Of a stretch of 64,000 bases of DNA, positions 1-15,927 are shown one piece after another. Position 1 is the first letter of the stretch. The number at the start of each line of letters is the position of its first letter. The stretch is taken from the NCBI RefSeq assembly GCF_009914755.1, contig NC_060936.1; one strand, written 5' to 3'. The notes under the pieces were generated by a model that saw only the letters and a program-made list of their open reading frames with translations, was not told where the DNA came from and searched no databases. This DNA is from the human T2T-CHM13v2.0 reference genome, Homo sapiens. Position numbers and translations under genes: made by a program.

Positions 1-1299
1 CTACTCCCTTTACAGTGTAGTTGTTACCTCGTGTACTCCACTGAGGGAAAAACCTAACAAAAACAAAAACTTCTATTTTAAATCCCCAAAACATTTCAAG
101 TAATGTAGTACCAAAGATCTTCTGGACAAAAAACAAACAACAAACAAACAAACAAAAACCCTGGTAATCTAGCATAATTTTGCATCTCTTTGACATTCTT
201 ATATCATCATAAAAATAGCAGATACTGTTAGGTAAATTAATGTCTGCTGTTAATCTGGGCAGTTGTTATAATATAATGGTAAAGACATTTAAAAATTATT
301 CTAAGTGATAGGATAAAAATCATCCAATGCCCTATAATATTGCTTCACAGAAAAGACTACAAAGAAAGAGAGACACAAAAGCAACCCTAATTGATTAGGC
401 AAATTTCTTTATCATTCAGACTCTTCACATCCAATCTGATGCTAATAACATTTACGATGAAGTGAGGATTTCTTCTGGTCCTTCGAGAAACTGTGTTTTG
501 CAATGCTCCTAAAGTTTCCAACCTCCCCTAATTGCTCTAGAAATTCTCCTCACATGCCTACCTGACCACCAAGTAAAGGTGAAAACTCCAGCATATTCCT
601 GAATCTTTACTAACAGATAAGGTAAAAAATTGTAATTTTAATTTTTCAGGTTGAATTTCCTAGCTGAATCATTTTCCTAGAAGACCCATATTTTAGGCCT
701 ACTTTAAGTACCGTAATTTGCAGATTACTAAATTTACATAAAATTATTCTCTAGGCTTTCTCAAAGTTAAAACAAATCTTGAAATTGACATATATGACTG
801 TTTTTTGGGTCAGAATTCTTGATAACGAAAAACAAAAACAAAACAAAAATCACTAGCAGAAAAGCATTGTTAAATGCATAAATAACAAAATTATTCTAAA
901 AAATTTGTTCTAAAAAAACAAATTCTAGAAATAACTTTCTACCCTACACTGTAGAATAGGTGAATTAAAAGAGTTGTTGGCTCTGTCATAATCAGAATAT
1001 GACAATTCAAGAAGCCATTCCACACCTGGAGTTGAGAACTTTGTAAAAATTGGCATCAGGACAAGATACACACCGTACCCTAATTCTTTATCCATACTTT
1101 TAATAAAAATTTCTCTCAGGTACATGTGAATGGTAGATATAAATTTCATATCTGAGCCTTAGCAATAAGGAAGAAAATGATTTTTTTTGAGTAAAGAGTT
1201 TTAATTGTAGGGAAGATCCTCTATTGGAAAGGCAATATTTATTCAATGGGGACTAGTAAAATGTAAACTGTAGAGAGAGTTACCAAAATACGTAGACAA

Positions 1300-1572
1300 T
1301 TGCCCAACTCCTATTGTTATTCTAGTGTGAAGGCCATTAGTCAAAAAGAATCCTTTCTTACTTGGGAGAGAGTCAGGCTTTAGTTTTATTCAGGCCTTCA
1401 ACTGATTGGCTAAAGACCCACCCACATTAGGGAGGGCAATCTACTTTACTCAACTATCAATTTAAATGTTAATCTCATCAAAAACACCCTCACAGAAACA
1501 CCCAGAATAATGTTTGACCAAGTGTCTGGGCACCCCTGGCCCAATGAATTTGACACATAAAATTAACCATCA
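1300..1572 (-). mobile_element. Partial MLT2-family (ERVL) LTR
   Basis: Ends in ...TTGACACATAAAATTAACCATCA (reverse complement of the TGATGGTTAAT MLT2 start); contains ACACCCTCACAGAAACACCCAGAATAATGTTTGACC. Left boundary approximate. Confidence 0.75.
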
Positions 1573-1599
1573 TATTATGCTTAGCTAGAAAGTGAAGTC

Positions 1600-2605
1600 C
1601 ATAAAAACCCTAGAAGAAAACCTAGGCAATAACATCGAGGACACAGGCATGGGCAAAGACTTCACGACTAAAACACCAAAAGCAGTGGCAACAAAAGCCA
1701 AAATAGACAAATGGGATCTGATTAAACTAAAGAGCTTCTGAACAGCAAAAGAAACTAGCATCAGAGTGAACAGGCAACCTACAGAACAGGAGGAAATTTT
1801 TGCAATCTATCCATCTGACAAAGGGCTAATATCCAGAATCTACAAAGAACTTAAACAAATTTACAAAAAAAAAAAAAACCATCAAAAAGCAGGCAAAGGA
1901 TATGAACAGACAATTCTCAAAAGAAGACATCTATGCAGCCAACAAACATGAAAAAAAGCTCATCATCACTGGTCATCAGAGAAAGGCAAATCAAAACGAC
2001 AATGAGATGCCATCTCACACTAGTTAGAATGGCAATCATTAAAAGTCAGGAAATAACAGATGCTGGAGAGGATGTGGAGAAATAGGAATGCTTTTACACT
2101 GTTGATTGGAGTGTAAATTAGTTCAACCATTGTGGAAGACAGTGTGGGGATTCCTCAAGGATCTAGAACTAGAAATACCATTTGACCCAGCAATCCTATT
2201 ACTGGGTATAATATACCCAAAGGATTATAAATCATTCTACTACAAAGATACAGGCACACATATGTTTATTGCGGCACTGTTCACAATAGCAAAGACTTGG
2301 AACCAACCCAAATGCCCATCGATGATAGACTAGATAAAGAAAATGTGGCAAATATATACCATGGAATACTATGCAGCCATAAAAAAGGATGAGTTCATGA
2401 GAACATATGGACACAGGGACGGGAACATCACACACTGGGGCTTGTCGGGTGGTGGGGGCTAGGGGAGGGATAACATTAGGAGAAGCACCTAATGTAGATG
2501 ACAGGTTGATGGGTGCAGCAAACCACCGTGGCACGTGTACACCTATGTAACAAATCTGCACATTCTTCATGTGTACCCCAGAACTTAAAATATAATAATA
2601 AAAAA
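1600..2605 (+). mobile_element. 5'-truncated L1 (L1PA7-like): ORF2 C-terminus, 3'UTR and A-tail
   Basis: ORF2 peptides ([23 protein letters not shown]); 3'UTR and A-tail; 13-bp TSD AGAAAGTGAAGTC at 1587-1599 and 2606-2618. Confidence 0.95.
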
Positions 2606-5059
2606 AGAAAGTGAAGTCTACATGAAGTTCTTCTGTGTCTTTATGTTTGTATTTCAGTGATTAAATGTACATAGTATAAAGTGATTACCCATTAAATACT
2701 GAATGGATAATTAAAGAACCAAATAAGTGAATGGACAAGTAAGTGGAGCAACAAATTTACTCAAATTATATGCCAAATAAGCATGCAATACTAAATTCAA
2801 CTTGTAGATCTGTCATGACTTATTTCACTTCAGACATGTATTTTCATAGTAAATTATGCTCTTCTCATTAGATAAAATTATGTAAGAGAATCCAGTGAAT
2901 ATGGACATGAAAAATAATTTGAATAGGTAAAATAATATAAACCAGGTTTATAGCTTTCTAATATTATGTTATTAACAAAAATCACCTCACTTATAGTAGA
3001 AATTATTATTTTAGGGACAAAGTTATTCATCATGTTATAAAGGAGAAACCATTGTTCTCAATTTGTATCAATACACCTGAGACCATAGTATAATCCAGAG
3101 ATTATCTCTTCAATTCCAGATATTGTTAATTTATGTTATTATTTTCTACTCAAGCAATGTGTTTTAAACACATTTTGAAAACTTTCATGATTCAGAGTAA
3201 TACACTATCTCTGCCTAAAATCAATTTTCCACGTAAAGAGAGCAATTCACAGAATGATACTCAGTGTCAGGAAGGGATAGCATTTGAAGGAGTATTTCTT
3301 ATTAATAATTGCAAATGCTATCATCCAGTTGAAAGAATCTCTTACAAACCACTTATTAATTATGATTATAGAGAGTTTCCTTTCATAAATAGTTTCAATG
3401 ACTCTTTGTATTACCAGAATGTCATTATTAGTGTCACAACATATGATAATAATTAAATAATGAACTAACTAAAGTGAGTGAAGTAATATTGGCAGGAGTG
3501 AGTACTCCAGTTTTATTGATCACAACTGTTCTCATATTCAGCATTATCATTCATTCATTCATTGCCTTTGTCTTAGGTTAAAAATATATATCATTTTAGC
3601 TTTGAGGGTTTTTTGTTTTGTTTTTTGTTTTTGCCATTTTAAGAATAAACTGATATGCTTTTAAAATTGTATATAATTGTTTTAAAGAAGTACTATTTAT
3701 GAGATGTTTCTGCTAATGTTAGTGATGTATGATAAGGCTCCAGCTATCTATGGTAAGAGAGCACACAGAAGCCAGCATATCAGGAAAATAGTAGATCAAA
3801 TTAATCAATACTGAAACACAGGAAAGCTATAGCTTGAAATTATTTTGACTTGCAACTAGGATAATTCATCTATGTTTGTTAGCTAAGTAAAATCTGAAGG
3901 AAACAATTTTCTTCCATAGATGGAAAGATTAATTGCAATGTTAAGCAAATCTCTTTCACACACGGGATGACTCATTTTTTAATTTGGTTAACAGTACATT
4001 AATCATTGCAGATGAGGATTCTGCTAGAGTCTAATTAGTAACTAGATAGTGCTTATAATACGTTTTCTTCAGAATTATGCTGCTTAATTTTCTACCTAGA
4101 TCCTACCATGTTTGCATCTCATTTTAAAAAGGTAAATGGGACAAACTATCTATTAAACTTTTAAAATAAAACTATTTTTATCTAAAAAGGTGACGACAGC
4201 AAGAGTTAGCTATCAATATCAATGCTAAGCTAATGAAATGGCATAAATTTATACTCTTATGTATCATCTCCCATATAAGTCTACTATAACAGATGGAAAT
4301 AAATCTTTGAACAAAAAGAGGAAGGTGAAGGATAGCACTTTGAATTCTATAAAGAATATTTTAGAAATATGATTTCAACCAATTGGTTGAAGATATAAAG
4401 TCAGTATTATCTGTGCCAGTTCATATGAATCTCTCAGGAATTCAGGATTTTAATTAGACTGGTAGAAAATCAACTCTGTGTTATTTTCACTACAGAATTT
4501 CTTATTAATCTGTTTCATAAGTCAGTCTTCTGTTTTGTGTTAGTTATATGTTCTATTAGAATAATCCATACTTATTGCTACATTCCTGTTATTCTGTCTT
4601 AACATGCATTAATAATTAAAAGTCACAAATATGAATCATGCATGCTGTGACATTTTCAGGGGACTGAAACATTATAATCAGTGTCATTCATGAAGTCAGG
4701 ACTCCTGGTTGCCTCTTAACTAATAATAATAGCAAAGGGCATGAATTCCACTTTATAGGCTTTTGTTCTACTTTCAAACTGACAAGGCATTACAATTCAA
4801 AACTGATGGATCCATTATTAGGTTTCAGAGACACATTACTTGTAATTCTGGAGAGTCATGAAATGTACTGTTTCTTATCCCCTAAAACTCCAAGCCCTGT
4901 TTTTTCTATTTTTATGCTCTGTGAATGAAAGTACAGGCACTAAATTTGATGTCTTCCCTCTGTTACCTGCATGAAAGACATAAATAATCAGAATACCATG
5001 AAATGATTATATTCACTTTTAAATTTAAGATAATTTTAATGACACATGTTTGTAATGTA

Positions 5060-5270
5060 TTTTCTATTATACAACATAGTTTTCCAGACATTGTTTCAAT
5101 TTTATCACAACTCTCATTTAATGACAAGGACAGGTATTACTAATTTGCTTTTAATAAAACATGAAGATCTTAGGGCAAAATTAATGAATTTGTCCTAAGT
5201 CGAATAGCTAGTAAGTATGAGAGTCAGAATTTCAACCCAGTTCTCTAAGTGTTCAAACTAGTTTTCTTTC
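5060..5270 (-). mobile_element. MIR remnant
   Basis: Degenerate MIR-like stretch ...AGCTAGTAAGTATGAGAGTCAGAATTTCAACCCAG. Confidence 0.5.
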
Positions 5271-6099
5271 TCTTATGCAGACTTGAATTTTAACTGCTTT
5301 TGTCCTTTTTTTTTTGTCTTTTTGCTTTTTTTTAGCTTTATGTGGAAGTCACCAAATGGTTTTACTAAGCGTCACTGGCTCTAAGGTAGCACTCAATACT
5401 TTTGTCATTTGAAATGGTTCAAAATCTGGTTCAGAAACCAGTTTGTATGCTATTTATTGGTTAAAGGTTCTTACATATATACTCATACAGTAAGCAGACA
5501 TATGCTTATCCAGTTAAGAATACATATACAGCCTATTGCTGCTGAGTATCATGAATAGCTAGCAAAAACAAAAGAGTAAATGTTAGTACTTGTTATAGTC
5601 AAATTCTCAGATAGAGGAATATCTAAGAAGACAAAGGCAAAAGTAAATACATGCATACATACATACATATGTCCATAGAAACAGACAGGCACAGAGACTC
5701 ACAAACTTAATAATATGTGACTACATAGCCTTTATGTAAATTCCATTAAATAATATCTTAAAATAACTAAAATAAGACTCTAAACAAATTTTTTTAAATA
5801 ATGCACACAAATACATTTTTTCTTGACATTTTCTTAAAATCATCTTAATAAAATGAGAGTTATAACTGGGTATGAGTATAATTAATTAAGAACATTTTAG
5901 GATTTGTCTAATAAATACACATCATTAGTTGAATTAATATCTCACCAATAGAGGCATCTAAACATGTAGATTACAGGAAATCTCAGTACCCACACTTTCA
6001 TAATTCTGCTAATTTTGGTTTTAATAGGTCCTTTAAGGTAATACTTAGATTACCAAGTACTGAGTGCCTTTCAGGTGTTAGAGATATTGCATGAGAAGG

Positions 6100-6235
6100 G
6101 TGCTTTTCATTTTTTAGATTTAGAAACTAAAGCTTAGAAAAATAAAGCCACTTACCAAAGGTTATACATCTAGAAAGTGAATAAACACAGATCTCTCTGA
6201 CTCTCAAACTCTTCGAATTCTACTGTATCTCACAG
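6100..6235 (-). mobile_element. MIR remnant
   Basis: TTTTAGATTTAGAAACTAAAGCTTAGA...ACTTACCAAAGGTTATACATCTAGAAAGTG resembles the MIR core. Confidence 0.5.
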
Positions 6236-6654
6236 TGCCATATCTGAAATAATTTATTTACTCTCCAGATTTTTACAACCTGATAAGCCTTGAACAAATT
6301 TCTGAAGTTGGGAAAGAAACATTTTTTTACCTCTTAAATTGTGTTCCTCTGCCCTCTTGCTCCCCTCTAACACCTATAGAGTTTACAGTTCAAAAGGAAA
6401 ATAAATTGCAAGATGTTTTGGAAGTGCAGAGTTAAAATGAAAAGCTAATATGGGGATTTAATCAAGAACTTACTTTTCCCCAATCCCAATTCAGTTATAG
6501 ATACATTTCTAAGTCTTCTAGAATAGTCATGGAAAATTTTTCATCACATAAAATATTCTAGAAAACAGAAAAGTATGACTACTGTGATATTTTGCATACG
6601 ACTTAGCAGCCTTGTAGGGAATGCTTAACCTTGTCCACAAGCCAGGGTAAAAGT

Positions 6655-6800
6655 ATTAATGACCTCATTTTACAGATGCAAAAAGCCTAGGCACAGAGAA
6701 GTTAACGAATTGACCAAAATTACACAGTTACCATTGACAGAACGAGAATTCAAATACAGATTTGCCTGATTTAAATAAACTTATGTTCTAAACCATTTTG
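6655..6800 (-). mobile_element. MIR remnant
   Basis: CTCATTTTACAGATG...GGCACAGAGAAGTTAA...GAATTCAAATACAG, a typical MIR core. Confidence 0.7.
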
Positions 6801-7170
6801 TTTCATTGCTAACGATTTTAATTGCATATAGTGTCTATTGCACATTTATTTTTAAATTTTCCTTTTCAATAAAATAATTTGCTTAAGAAAAATCGATGTT
6901 ATAAAACTGCTTGTAAAGACAGACATTCTAAAACTCTTAGTAAAATATTACCAAGCTTTATAGAATTGATAATAAAAGTATGTTCACTTATTAAAGTTCA
7001 CTTAAGGTTTATAAACAAGTAAGTCATTTCAGAAATAATCTTGGGAATGAATCAAATCCTAAGAGACAACTTTAGAATAAGTAAACTGCAATAAAAAAGC
7101 ATGTGGTCAAGAGAACACAAGACAAAATAAATAACTTATTTACTTTTTAGCAGAAAAAAGATAGAGAATT

Positions 7171-11010
<3,840 letters not shown>

Positions 11011-11744
11011 GAGTGTTTATTATTTGTCAAATTGATGAGCACACCCTAGTTCCCCAGATATAGAGACTGGAGATTAGAGAATGTAGGCTTATTTTTTACA
11101 GGATATCAAACTAAGACTTTTTCAGAGCAATTTTATGTAACTTTAGCCACAAAAAGTCAGGATCTCAAAGCTGTTTCTAGAAAAGTAAACCTTTTAGATA
11201 ATGAGTGTCACTGCAGAAATGCTACAACCGGGTGTCAGAATCAACTTGCTTAGAAATTGTGATCAGCATATTACTAATTTATTTACATAGCCAAAGTTCT
11301 GGTGCTGTAAACATTCTGTCAATCACTTCAGTCAATGATTTTTGCCCATGCCATATTAGTCAACTGAAATGTCTTCTTTTGTCTACCCAACTACCCAATC
11401 AAACTTTGTTAAAACCATCTGAAGTGCATTCTATATAATAAAGATATTTAGGCTCAGTTCATTCTATAATTTCTTCCACTATCAAATCCTATCATGCATT
11501 CTCTATACTATTCTTTCTAGGACTTTAAAATTATTATTTTGATAGTAGTTCAACACATTTATACTATGCTACTAAGATGGGTAAAAATATGGACCTTTAT
11601 TTTTTATAACAGTTATTATCCTGTTCTACAGTCTACATTCCTTCTCAGTAGTGGAGAAATAAAAACAATTCAACAAACTAACAAATAATTAAGTAAAGTT
11701 ACAATTATGGGTAAAATTTCATTTAAAACTGTCTCTTCCACATT

Positions 11745-11840
11745 GTTACTCTCTCTGTGTCTCTCTTTCTCTTTCCCACCTACCTTTGTCTCTTTCCTTC
11801 CTGCTCTGCCTCCTTCCCTCCCTTCCTCTTTCTTTTTCTG
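11745..11840. repeat. CT-rich low-complexity tract
   Basis: Pyrimidine run (CTTC/CCTC/TCTC). Confidence 0.7.
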
Positions 11841-12011
11841 GGCACTGCAGATAACCCAAGGAGTTAAATGTTTCCTGATTTACAGAATTTATAATAAAAT
11901 TATTCTACAATGGTTTTTACCATTTGTCAAATAAAGGTATTTCTAGGGCCGCAAATGATGATTTTCAGATCTAGAATAAGGAGATTTAAAGTAGATTTAA
12001 AAATTTTAGCA

Positions 12012-12083
12012 TCTCAAATTCCTGGCCTCAAGTGATCCTCCCACCTTGGCCTCCCAAAGTTCTGGGATTATAGATGTGGGCCA
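12012..12083 (-). mobile_element. Alu/FLAM 5' fragment
   Basis: CTCAAATTCCTGGCCTCAAGTGATCCTCCCACCTTGGCCTCCCAAAGTTCTGGGATTATAG. Confidence 0.85.
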
Positions 12084-12087
12084 GTAT

Positions 12088-12545
12088 GCATTATGCAGAA
12101 TAGCAAAGACACAGAATCAACTCAGATGCCCATCAACGGTGGACTGGATAAAGAAAATGTGGTACATATGCACCATAAAATACTATGCAGCCATAACAAA
12201 GAACAACATCATGTCCTTTGGAGCAACACAGATGGTGCTGGAGGCCATTATCTTAAGCAAATTAATGCAAGAACAGAAAACCAAATATCACATATTCTCT
12301 TTATAACTGGGAGCTAAACATTTAGCACACGTGGACTCAAAGAAGGGAATAATAGACACTGGGCACTACTTGAGGGCAGAGGATGGACAAAGGATGAGGA
12401 TTGAAAAACTATCATCTACTAGGTACTATGCTTGCTACCTGGATGATGAAATAATCCGGACACCAAATCCCTGTGATATGTAATTTTCCCATGTAACAAA
12501 TATGTACATATACCTCCTGAACCTAAAATAAAAGTTGGAAAAAAG
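12088..12545 (+). mobile_element. Older L1PA (about PA15/16) 3' end
   Basis: ORF2 end (WIKKMWYI..LEAIILSKL) followed by a 3'UTR ending CCTGAACCTAAAATAAAAGTT. Confidence 0.85.
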
Positions 12546-13167
12546 TTTTAATGTCACAGATTATTTTTATTTTGCAGATGGTATTATTTTTTTCCCATCT
12601 CGTACTTTCATCTCATAAAAGCAGCCATGTGTCTTCCTTTAATCTTAGTTGTATAATACCACCAAAAGCTCAATTTTTATAGTGTCCTTTCTGTTGTTTT
12701 TATTTTAATAAATTTTTTAAGATGGCATATTTTTTAACCTGTCTGTTTTCCAATTTGCACATAAAGTATAAGTTATTGTTAATCATCTATGGATTACATA
12801 GAAAATAAACCTTCTATATATAACATGCAAATAAATTTAAATAATAGCTGAAGAACTCTGTAATATACTTCCCTTATAAATACGTATATACAAAACTTAC
12901 ATGTTAACATATATCCAATAGGTAAATAAATGACAAATTTGAAATTATTCTTCAAAAATGAATAATTTTTAAGTGTATCAAATGGTAGAGTTATGAATAC
13001 CAACAGCTGTGCAATTTACTTGGATAGGTAAATTAATTTCTCAGGTAACTATCTGCAAAATGCAAAATGATTTAGTTTTCATGGGTAATTATAAGTTTAA
13101 ATAATAAACATATAAGTAAAGTAAACTAGTATTTTTTAGATTTACTTAGAAAATGCAAGAGATTTAA

Positions 13168-15927
13168 AACTGTCAAAGGCAAGGTGGCCATAGCTACCAT
13201 AATGGACAGCAGACACAAAAGCAACAATCAATATAGTCTGACCCATGTAGAGCTCTGGCATTGGCTAATTAATCAAGGTATTTCTAGAAGTGAAATTGAT
13301 AGGAAGCCTACTGCATTCCTACTTAATTTATATAAGCAGAAAACTTCTAGGTCAAATAGACAAAAGACTAATTTAAATTACATAAACAGAATCATGGCCC
13401 GTCAGTCAATTTCTAGACTTGAGCCAGTTTACAGACCCAGAACCCCTTGAATGAAGGAGACACCAGGTCCCCTTGAGGAATGACTTCACTACACTACCGG
13501 CAATTTATGCTGTTAATCTCTCTCCCATCCTTCCCCAGGAAGACCTCTGGCTTTTTACCAGGGTAGCTGTCCATCGAGGAAAGGGAAATGATCAGACATT
13601 TCAGGGACTACTGGACACTGGCTCTGAGCTGATTTGATTGCAGGGAACCCAAAATGTCACTGTAGTCCTCCAGTTAAAATAGGAACTTATGGAGGTTAGG
13701 TAATTAATGGAATTTTAGCTCAGGTCCAACTTACAGTGGCTCCAGTGGGTCCCCAGACTCACCCTGTGGTCATTTCCCCAGTGCCAGAATGCATAATTGG
13801 CATAGACATATTTAGCAGCTGGCAGAACCCCCACACTGGCTCCCTGACTAGTAGGGTGAGGGCTATTATGGTGGGAAGCCATTTGAGCTGCCTCTACCTA
13901 GAAAAATAATAAATCAAAAACAATACTGCATCCCTGGTGGGATTGTGGAGATTAGAACCAACACCAAGGACCTGAAAGATGCAGGGGTGGTGATTCCCAT
14001 CACACTGCCGTTCAACTCTCCTTTTTGGCCTGTGAAGAAGACAGATGGATCTTGGAGAATGAAAGTGGTTTATTGTAAGCTTAACCAAGTTGTGACTCCA
14101 ATTACAGCTGCTGTACCAGATGTGGTTTCATTGCTTGAGCAAATTAACACATCTGGAACCCAGTATGCAGCCATTGACTTGGCAAATGCCTTTTTCTCCA
14201 TTCCTGTCCATAAGGCCCACCAGAAGCAATTTGCCTTCAGCTGGCAAGGCCACCAAAATACCTTTACTGTCTTTACTATCCTACTTCACATGTATATTGA
14301 CTCTCTCTCTGTCATAATCTTTTTCAGAAAGAACTAGATCACTTTTTGCTTTCACAGGATATCACACTGGTTCATTACATTCATGACATTTTGCTGATTG
14401 ATCCAGTGAGCAAGAAGTAGCAAACTCACTGGAGTTATTGTATAGACATTTGTGTGCCAGAGAATGAGAAATATATCCAAGTAAAATTCAGGGACCTTCC
14501 ACCTCAGTAAAATTTCTAGGGGTCCAATGGTGTGGGGCCTGTCAAGATATTCCTCCTAAGGTGAAGTTGCTGCATTTGGCCACTCCTACAACCAAGAAGA
14601 AAGCACGCCTATTGTGCTTATTTAGATTTTGAAGACAACACATTCCTCATTTGGGTGTGTTACTCCAGCCCATTTATTGAGTGACCTAAAAGGCTGCCAG
14701 TTTTGAGTGGGGTCCAGAATAGGAGAAGGCTCTGCAACAGGTTGATTGCTGTGCAAGCTGCTCTGCCACTTGGGCCATATGACCCATCAGTTCTAATGAT
14801 GCTTTAGGTGTCAGTTGCAGATAGGAATCCAGTTTGGTGCCTCTGGAATGTCCTCATAGGTGAATCACAGTGGAAACCTCTACGATTTTGAAGCAAGGCC
14901 CTGCCATCTTCTGCAGATAACTACTGTCCTTTGGAGAGAAAGCTCTTGGCTGGTTATTGGGCTTCAGTGGAAACTGAACGTTTGACTGTGGGTCATCAAG
15001 TCACCATGTAACCTGAACAGCCCCTCATAAACTCAGTGCTTTCTAACCCATCTAGCCATAAAGTGGGTCACGCACAGCAACATTCCATCATCAAATGGAA
15101 GTGGTATATACATGATGGGGCTCGAGCAGGTTCTGAAGGCACAAGTAAGTTAAATGAGGAAGTGCCTCAAATGCCCATGGTCACCACCTCTGCCGCCTTA
15201 CCTTCTCTCCCGCGGCCTGCACTGGTGCCTCAAGAGGAGTTCCTTATGACCAGTTGGCAGAGAAAGAGAAGACTAGGACCTGTTTCACAGATGGTTCTGC
15301 ATGATATGCAGGCACTACCCAAAATTGGACAACTGCAGCACTACCGCCCTTTTCTAGAACATTCCTCAAGGACAGCAGTGAAGGGAAATCTTCCTTGTGG
15401 GCAGAACTTCAAGCAGTACACCTGGTTGTGCACTTTGCAAGGAAGGAGAAATGGCCAGATGTGTGATTATATACTGATTAATGGGATGTAGCCAAAGGTT
15501 TCGCTGGATGGTCAGGGGCTTGGAAGAAGCGTGATTGGAAAATTGGTGACAAAGAAATTTGAGGAAAAGGTATGTGGATGGACCTCTCTGAGTGGTCAAA
15601 AACTGTGAAGACATTTGTGTTCCATGTGAGTGCTCCCCAATGGGTGACCTCAGCAGAGGAGTATTCTAATAATCAAGTGGATAAGATGATCCATTCTGTG
15701 GGCACCTGTCAGCCTCTTTCCCCAGACACCCCTGTCATCGCCCAATGGGCCCATGAACAAAGTGGCCATGGTGGCAGGGATGGAGGTTATGGATGGGATC
15801 AGCAACATGGACCACACAAAGGCTGACTGGCTACAGCCACTGCTGACTGCTCAATTTTCCAGCAGCAGAGACCAACACTGAGCCTTTGATATGACACCGT
15901 GCCTCATGGTGATCAGCCAGCTCCCTG
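13168..15927 (+). mobile_element. HERV-L/ERVL internal fragment: gag C-terminus, protease, RT, RNase H, integrase N-terminus; disrupted, no LTR
   Basis: gag ELWHWLIN; protease LLDTGSEL (~13608-13631); RT FNSPFWPVKKTDGSWR, AIDLANAFFSIP, HYIHD (decayed YIDD, ~14372); RNase H FTDGSA (~15284) and FHVSA; integrase zinc-finger start WAHEQSGHGG. Confidence 0.93.

Noticed and set aside
925-1149. 74-aa minus-strand ORF in unique DNA
   Set aside because: No recognisable domain and no convincing splice sites; length expected by chance.
3133-3456. 107-aa ATG ORF
   Set aside because: Composition mirrors the AT-rich background; no homology recognised, no promoter or splice support.
7150-7170. TSD for the 7171-11010 L1 (AAAAAGATAGAGA vs AAAAAATAGATA)
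   Set aside because: Low-complexity match with mismatches; not reliable.
13945-15826. HERV-L pol ORFs as a domesticated gene
   Set aside because: Fragmented by stops and frameshifts; YIDD decayed to YIHD.
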